A program made the translations under genes and the position numbers. A model generated the notes under the pieces. That model searched no databases and was not told the DNA's origin. It worked only from the letters and a program-made list of their open reading frames with translations. Positions 30,067 to 40,000 of a DNA stretch of 40,000 nucleotides are shown here, one piece after another (the stretch's first letter is position 1; the number at the start of each line of letters is the position of its first letter). The DNA is from Cronobacter muytjensii ATCC 51329. Its GTDB lineage: Bacteria > Pseudomonadota > Gammaproteobacteria > Enterobacterales > Enterobacteriaceae. Location: the NCBI RefSeq assembly GCF_001277195.1, contig NZ_CP012268.1:1173859-1213858 (forward strand), given 5' to 3'.

Positions 30067-30094
30067 AGCCCGGTGGTTGCGCCGGGCTTTTTTT
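30067..30094 (+). terminator. Intrinsic terminator after gnd
   Basis: AGCCCGGTG / CGCCGGGCT forms a stem of 7 Watson-Crick pairs plus one G-U and one G-C pair, with a 4-nt loop, followed by TTTTTTT. Confidence 0.75.
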
Positions 30095-30259
30095 ATGCCT
30101 GACGACCGCCGCGAACCGCGAGGGAAGCCAGTAAGCGCTTTGTTTTTCAGTATTTTCCCAAGCCACATTCACGCTTCGTTATGCAATCATAACGCCTTGC
30201 ATCTACACTCATGGCTGGTGTGGCTTTCTCATAATAATTAGATGACAAACAAGGACTCT

Positions 30260-31252
30260 ATGAGCAAAGAATTTCAGGGTGGCGCTATTCACCACAGCAA
30301 TGGGAACCCGGAACAGATTGACCTTATCGACCTGCTGATGCAGCTCTGGCGGGGACGTCTCACCATCATTGCGACGGTCATCGTAATGATTGTTCTGGCG
30401 GTACTTTATCTTTTCGTCGCCAAAGAAAAATGGACGTCGACGGCCATCGTAACGATGCCGGACGCCGGCCAGATCGCCAGTTACAACAACGCGATGAATA
30501 TCCTTTATGGCAACGCCGCGCCGAACGTCACTGACGTACAGCAGCGCGTGGTCGGGCGCTTCAGCTCCGCGTTTTCCGCGCTGACGGAGACGCTGCAAAA
30601 CCAGCAAGAGCCGGAACAGCTGACCATCGATATGGCAGTGAAAGGGCAGCCGCTGCCGCTGAAAGTCACCTATCAGGCGCAAACGCCTCAGGCCGCGCAG
30701 AAAAAACTGGCGGAATACATTCAGCAGGTGGATGAGCAGATCGCGAAAGAGCTAAATAAAGACCTTACTGATAACGTAACGGCGCGCGCTAAAGAGTTGC
30801 AGGAATCGCTCTCAACGCAGGAGAAAGTGGCGCAGGAGCAGAAAGATCTGCGCATCAAGCAGATTGCCGAAGCGCTTAAGTTCGCCCAGGAATCGAACGT
30901 GACGTCTCCCCAAATGCCGCAGGCGCAGGAAGTAACGCAGGACACGCTGTTTCTGTTAGGCAGCGAAGCGCTCTCTTCAATGATCAAAAACGAAGCGACG
31001 CGCCCGCTGGTTTTCTCTGATGCGTATTACCAGACCAAACAGAACCTGCTGGATATCTCCAAGCTGAAAATCGATGAATCCTCGCTTCACGCGTACCGCT
31101 ACGTAATGAAGCCGACCGAGCCGCTGCGTCGCGACAGTCCAAAACGCGCGCTGGTGCTGGTGCTTTCGGTGCTGCTGGGCGGCCTTATTGGCGCCGGCAT
31201 CGTGTTGGGGCGCAACGCGCTGCGCGAGCACAACAGCCGTCAGGTGCGTTAA
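30260..31252 (+). CDS. wzzB: O-antigen chain-length determinant (polysaccharide co-polymerase PCP-1)
   Basis: Collinear with E. coli WzzB as recalled (PEQIDLIDLL.QLWRG..., KEKWTSTAI, DLRIKQI, RRDSPKRA). Starting at ATG 30260, preceded by AAGGA, gives 330 aa. The longest ORF starts at ATG 30242 (336 aa) and cannot be excluded. Confidence 0.9.
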   Translation: MSKEFQGGAIHHSNGNPEQIDLIDLLMQLWRGRLTIIATVIVMIVLAVLYLFVAKEKWTSTAIVTMPDAGQIASYNNAMNILYGNAAPNVTDVQQRVVGRFSSAFSALTETLQNQQEPEQLTIDMAVKGQPLPLKVTYQAQTPQAAQKKLAEYIQQVDEQIAKELNKDLTDNVTARAKELQESLSTQEKVAQEQKDLRIKQIAEALKFAQESNVTSPQMPQAQEVTQDTLFLLGSEALSSMIKNEATRPLVFSDAYYQTKQNLLDISKLKIDESSLHAYRYVMKPTEPLRRDSPKRALVLVLSVLLGGLIGAGIVLGRNALREHNSRQVR

Positions 31253-31264
31253 TCTGGCGAAAAG

Positions 31265-31294
31265 AAAAAGGCCGCATCACGCGGCCTTTTTTAT
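31265..31294. terminator. Bidirectional intrinsic terminator between convergent wzzB and hisI
   Basis: GGCCGC (31270-31275) pairs with GCGGCC (31281-31286) around a 5-nt loop. An A-run lies 5' and a T-run lies 3'. Confidence 0.7.
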
Positions 31295-31311
31295 TGCATG
31301 TTAACCGGGGC

Positions 31312-31916
31312 TTATTTATGCCTTCCTCGCAGGTTTTCAATCACCGCGCTTAAATCGAGCTCCTGATCCTGTAGCAGTACCAGCAGGTGATAAACCAGGT
31401 CAGATGCTTCATTCACCAGCTCGTCACGATCGCGAACGGTGGCGGCAAGCGCCGTTTCCACGCCTTCTTCACCGACTTTCTGCGCGATGCGCTTGGTGCC
31501 GCTGGCGTAGAGCTTCGCGGTGTAAGAGCTGTCCGGCGAGGCGGTTTTCCGCGCGGCCAGCAGCTCTTCGAGCTGGTACAGAAAATGCCACTGGTGGTGC
31601 GCGTCGCCAAAGCAACTGGAAGTGCCGAGATGGCAGGTCGGGCCAATCGGGTCTGCCAGCACCAGCAGCGTATCGTTATCACAGTCCGGCGTGATGCTGA
31701 CAACATTGAGAAAATGACCGGACGTCTCGCCTTTGGTCCACAGGCGTCCTTTAGTACGTGAGAAAAACGTCACTTTGCCGCGCTGCTCGGTTTCGCGCAG
31801 CGCGTCTTCATTCATATATCCCAGCATCAACACTTCGCCGGAAACCGCATGTTGCACCACGACTGGCAGCAGTCCGTCCGTTTTCGCCCAGTCCAGTTGG
31901 GCCCGCTGTTGTTCTG

Positions 31917-31923
<7 letters not shown>
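31312..31923 (-). CDS. hisI: Bifunctional phosphoribosyl-AMP cyclohydrolase / phosphoribosyl-ATP pyrophosphatase
   Basis: 203 aa beginning [25 protein letters not shown]. It is the last gene of the his operon. Confidence 0.95.
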
Positions 31924-33412
<1,489 letters not shown>

Positions 33413-34002
33413 TTACATCTCCAGGAAGTTTTTCAGCAGCTGCGCGCCCGCAGCTCCCGAACGCTCCGGGTGGAACTGCACCCCCCAGAAGTTATCTTTC
33501 TGCACTGCGGCGGTAAATGCCTCGCCGTAGTGGCACTGCGCAATCGTATTCTCGTTTACCGGCATGGCGTAGCTGTGCACGAAGTAGAACCAGGCGCCGT
33601 CGTCAATGCCGCGAAACAGCCGGTCGCCCGCTTTGGCAGAGACGCGGTTCCAGCCCATGTGCGGCAGCGGCAGGCCGTGATCGGTCATTTTCGGCACCGG
33701 CTGGTCGATAATGCCCAGCAGGTCGACGCCGTTACTCTCTTCGCTGCGGCTGCCGAGCAGTTGCATACCAAGGCAGATCCCCAGAACTGGCTGAGTGCAG
33801 GCCTTAATTAAATCCACCAGATCGCGCTCGATTATCTGGTTCATCGCCGCCTCGGCGGTGCCGACGCCTGGCAGAAACAGCTTATCGGCGCGCAGCACCA
33901 GATCCGGGTCGCGGCTTACCACGGGCTCATAGCCGTGGCGGCGCACCGCGGACTGCACCGAATGCAGGTTCGCGCAGCCGGTATCCAGAATCACCACGTT
34001 CA

Positions 34003-34003
<1 letters not shown>
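33413..34003 (-). CDS. hisH: Imidazole glycerol phosphate synthase, glutaminase subunit
   Basis: The start is placed at ATG 34003-34001 ([13 protein letters not shown], 196 aa), which overlaps the hisB TGA by 1 nt (TGATG). The ORF track adds one upstream GTG codon. The catalytic motif is GICLGMQ. Confidence 0.95.
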
Positions 34004-37450
<3,447 letters not shown>

Positions 37451-37455
37451 GGCGA

Positions 37456-38355
37456 TTACTCCATCATCTTCTCAATCGGCAGTACCAGAATGGAGCTTGC
37501 GCCCAGCGCCTTGAGCTTCTCCATGGTTTCCCAGAACAGGGTTTCGCTACTCACCATATGCATCGCCACGCGCTGCTGATCGCCCGCCAGCGGCAGAATG
37601 GTCGGGCGTTCTGCGCCCGGCAGCAGGGCGATCACTTCATCAAGACGCTCGGTTGGCGCGTGCAGCATGATGTATTTCGATTCGCGCGCCTGGATAACGC
37701 CCTGAATTCGGGTCAGCAGTTTGTCGATAAGCTGCTGCTTAACGGCAGGCATCTCGCCGTCGCGCTGGATAAGACAGGCTTTGGAGCGGTAAATCACCTC
37801 TACTTCGCGCAGGCCGTTGGCCTCAAGGGTCGCGCCGGTGGAGACTAAATCGCAGATGGCGTCGGCAAGCCCGGCGCGCGGGGCGACCTCCACCGAGCCG
37901 TTCAGCAGGCAGGATTTAAACTGTACGCCTTTCTGATCGAGATAACGCTTGAGCAGGTGCGGGTAAGACGTGGCGATACGTTTGTTATTCAGGCTTTCCG
38001 GGCCTTCCCAGATATCGTCCACCGGCGTGGCGAGCGAGAGACGGCAACCGCCGAAGTCGAGACGACGCAGCGTGTAGTAACGCGGGTCGTCGCCCTGCGC
38101 GCGGCGGGTGAGCAGCTCTTCTTCCAGCACGTTTTCGCCGATGATGCCGAGATCGACCACGCCATCCATCACCAGGCCCGGAATATCGTCATCGCGCACG
38201 CGCAGGATATCGATCGGCATATTCTCCGCCAGCGCAATCAGACGCTGGGTGTGGAGATTAATTTTTATGCCGCAACGGGCCAGCAGTTCGCGTGAATCAT
38301 CGCTTAAACGGCCTGATTTCTGAATAGCTATGCGTAAACGGTTGTTGTCTGTCAT
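37456..38355 (-). CDS. hisG: ATP phosphoribosyltransferase (long form)
   Basis: 299 aa beginning [25 protein letters not shown]. Confidence 0.96.
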   Translation of the reverse strand: MTDNNRLRIAIQKSGRLSDDSRELLARCGIKINLHTQRLIALAENMPIDILRVRDDDIPGLVMDGVVDLGIIGENVLEEELLTRRAQGDDPRYYTLRRLDFGGCRLSLATPVDDIWEGPESLNNKRIATSYPHLLKRYLDQKGVQFKSCLLNGSVEVAPRAGLADAICDLVSTGATLEANGLREVEVIYRSKACLIQRDGEMPAVKQQLIDKLLTRIQGVIQARESKYIMLHAPTERLDEVIALLPGAERPTILPLAGDQQRVAMHMVSSETLFWETMEKLKALGASSILVLPIEKMME

Positions 38356-38403
38356 CTCGCCTTATCCTTGTTTTCTCGTGAAATTCGCCTGCAAACGCCC
38401 AAT

Positions 38404-38501
38404 AAAAAAAGCCCCCGGAAGTGTGATCTTCCGGGGGCTCTCTTAGCGTTCATGCACCACTGGAAGATCCGATCGTCTTCCAGCACACATCGCCTGAAAG
38501 A
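38404..38501 (-). promoter_or_regulatory. his attenuator (alternative hairpins plus terminator hairpin 38411-38439 and a U-run)
   Basis: The minus strand reads GGCGATGTGTGCTGGAAGACGATCGGATCTTCCAGTGGTGCATGAACGCTAAGAGAGCCCCCGGAAGATCACACTTCCGGGGGCTTTTTTT. This is nearly identical in architecture to the E. coli/Salmonella his attenuator. Confidence 0.85.
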
Positions 38502-38552
38502 CTAATCAGGATGATGGTGATGGTGATGGTTGTTAAACTGAACGCGTGTCAT
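38502..38552 (-). CDS. hisL: his operon leader peptide
   Basis: The minus strand ATGACACGCGTTCAGTTTAACAACCATCACCATCACCATCATCCTGATTAG encodes MTRVQFNNHHHHHHPD (16 aa, six consecutive His). It lies directly upstream of the attenuator. Confidence 0.9.
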   Translation of the reverse strand: MTRVQFNNHHHHHHPD

Positions 38553-38590
38553 AAAATTCTCTTGATGAATGCTTATTCAAACCTGTCTTA

Positions 38591-38620
38591 ACCGTAAACC
38601 ATACCGGGCAGAGAAGGCAA
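38591..38620 (-). promoter_or_regulatory. Candidate primary his promoter (-35 TTGCCT at 38620-38615; -10 TACGGT/TTACGG around 38597-38591)
   Basis: The minus strand TTGCCTTCTCTGCCCGGTATGGTTTACGGTTAAGAC aligns by eye with the Salmonella/E. coli hisp1 region as I recall it (TTGCTT...GGTTTAGGTTAAAAGAC). Confidence 0.4.
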
Positions 38621-38729
38621 GGGCTTTTTTTCATCATTAAAACCTTTCATATTCATTACATGAATTGTCAGCCTGCGGCGGCTGGCGTAGCCTGAAAAGA
38701 CGCAGGCGTAAACGGAGCAGGAGAACGAG

Positions 38730-39554
38730 ATGAAAAAGGTCGCGATTGTCGGATTAGGATGGCTGGGGATGCCGCTGGCGCTCGCGCTTAACGCCCGTGG
38801 CTGGCAGGTCGCTGGCAGTAAAACCACCGCCGACGGCGTGGAGGCCGCGCGTATGTGCGGCATCGAAAGCTATCAGCTTGAGCTGCTGCCGGAAATGGTG
38901 TGCGACAGCGACGATCTGGAGGCGCTCTTTAACGCCGACGCGCTGGTGGTAACGCTGCCCGCGCGGCGAACCGGCGGCAACGGCGAATACTATTTACAGG
39001 CAGTGCAGCAGGTGGTCGACAGCGCGCTGGCGCACCAGATCCCGCGTATTATTTTTACCAGCTCTACCTCGGTCTACGGCGAAGCGGACGGCCTGTGCAA
39101 AGAGACATCGCCGCTCAATCCGGTAACCGAAAGCGGGCGCGTGTTAAAAGAGCTGGAGCAGTGGCTGCACCATCTGCCGGGCACGTCGGTCGATATTCTG
39201 CGCCTCGCCGGGCTCGTAGGGCCGGGGCGCCATCCGGGGCGTTTCTTTGCCGGTAAAAGCGCGCCAAACGGCGGACATGGCGTCAATCTCGTGCATCTTG
39301 AGGACGTGATCGGCGCCATTAGCCTCCTCTTGCAGGCGCCGAAGGGCGGCCATATTTATAACCTGTGCGCCCCGCAGCACCCGGCACGCGCCGAGTTTTA
39401 CCCGGTAATGGCGCGCCAGCTTGGCCTGGAGCCGCCGCGCTTTAGCGACAGCCCCGTGGGCAGCAAAGGCAAACTCATCGACGGCAACCGGATCTGTCAT
39501 GAGCTGGGGTTCGAGTATCTCTACCCGGACCCGCTGGTTATGCCAATGGCGTAA
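38730..39554 (+). CDS. yeeZ: YeeZ-like NAD(P)-binding SDR-family protein (epimerase/dehydratase-like, function unknown)
   Basis: 274 aa beginning MKKVAIVGLGWLGMPLA. It is collinear with E. coli YeeZ as recalled (ILRLAGLVGPGRHPGRFFAGK, VNLVHLEDVIGAI). It lies beside the his operon, as in E. coli. Confidence 0.85.
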   Translation: MKKVAIVGLGWLGMPLALALNARGWQVAGSKTTADGVEAARMCGIESYQLELLPEMVCDSDDLEALFNADALVVTLPARRTGGNGEYYLQAVQQVVDSALAHQIPRIIFTSSTSVYGEADGLCKETSPLNPVTESGRVLKELEQWLHHLPGTSVDILRLAGLVGPGRHPGRFFAGKSAPNGGHGVNLVHLEDVIGAISLLLQAPKGGHIYNLCAPQHPARAEFYPVMARQLGLEPPRFSDSPVGSKGKLIDGNRICHELGFEYLYPDPLVMPMA

Positions 39555-40000
39555 GCGCCTGATGGTCGGCCTGCCAGACACGGCAGGCCGCCACAAAGGC
39601 GTCGAAGATCTGTTTCGAGAGCGGTTCATCGCGCAGCGCGCCCCATTCCGGGTGCCACTGCACGCCGAAGGCGAAGGGGTGATCCGGAATGCTTATCGCC
39701 TCAATCAGCCCGTCGTCGGCGCGCGCTTCGATAAACACGTCAGGCCCGACCTCGCGTATCCCCTGTTGGTGCAGCGTATTCACGCGAACGGGCTCCCCTG
39801 GCGTTACCCAACTGTCGAGCCAGCCGCCGGACATAATCTCAAGCCCGTGGACGGGCGCGAATTTCTCCTCCGGGCTGCCGCTCGGGTTTACTTCATGTTC
39901 CCGTAGCCCTTCAACGTTATGCAGCTGTCGCCAGAGCTTGCCGCCGGTGGCGACCACCATTTCATGCACGCCGCGGCATGAGCCGAGCAGCGGCAGGCCG
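39538..40000 (-). CDS. Class-I glutamine amidotransferase / peptidase C26, PuuD-like gamma-glutamyl-GABA hydrolase family (N-terminus outside the window)
   Basis: The reading frame is open to the window edge. The nucleophile motif GSCRG lies near 39973-39987, and HPFAFGVQWHPEW is a typical C26 His region. It resembles E. coli PuuD. Confidence 0.75.
   Translation of the reverse strand, partial: GLPLLGSCRGVHEMVVATGGKLWRQLHNVEGLREHEVNPSGSPEEKFAPVHGLEIMSGGWLDSWVTPGEPVRVNTLHQQGIREVGPDVFIEARADDGLIEAISIPDHPFAFGVQWHPEWGALRDEPLSKQIFDAFVAACRVWQADHQALTPLA

Noticed and set aside
38588-38863. 91-aa minus-strand ORF overlapping the his promoter and the 5' end of yeeZ.
   Set aside because: It overlaps the well-supported yeeZ start and the his promoter region. 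Its composition is typical of an antisense shadow, and it has no motifs.

Overview
This window is a well-known enterobacterial surface-polysaccharide and histidine locus. The backbone GC is high, which fits Cronobacter, Enterobacter or a related genus, but the species cannot be determined from the sequence alone.

Layout, left to right:
1. nt 1-15090 (+): the distal two-thirds of the colanic acid cluster, wcaE (5'-truncated), wcaF, gmd, fcl, gmm, wcaI, cpsB, cpsG, wcaJ, wzxC, wcaK, wcaL, wcaM.
2. galF.
3. A 390-nt spacer holding a terminator and a JUMPStart/ops element.
4. nt 16542-28500 (+): a low-GC Wzx/Wzy-type O-antigen cluster. It contains rmlB-rmlD-rmlA-rmlC, fdtA-fdtC-fdtB (a dTDP-3-acetamido-3,6-dideoxyhexose pathway), a WzxE-like flippase, a GT2, a DUF1972/GT4-type transferase, two ORFs with no recognisable family, and an EpsG-like wzy.
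5. gnd and wzzB.
6. On the minus strand, the complete his operon: promoter, hisL leader, attenuator, hisGDCBHAFI.
7. A yeeZ-like SDR gene (+) and the 3' part of a PuuD-like class-I glutamine amidotransferase (-).

I found no transposase or integrase, IS ends, CRISPR array, tRNA or rRNA, toxin-antitoxin pair or recognisable defence system. The only candidates for new biology are the two translationally coupled, unclassified ORFs at 25420-27419 (probably non-canonical glycosyltransferases) and some small regulatory-looking motifs in intergenic regions. Everything else is conserved textbook gene content. All homology statements rest on my recollection of E. coli/Salmonella proteins and on motifs visible in the translations; no searches were run.
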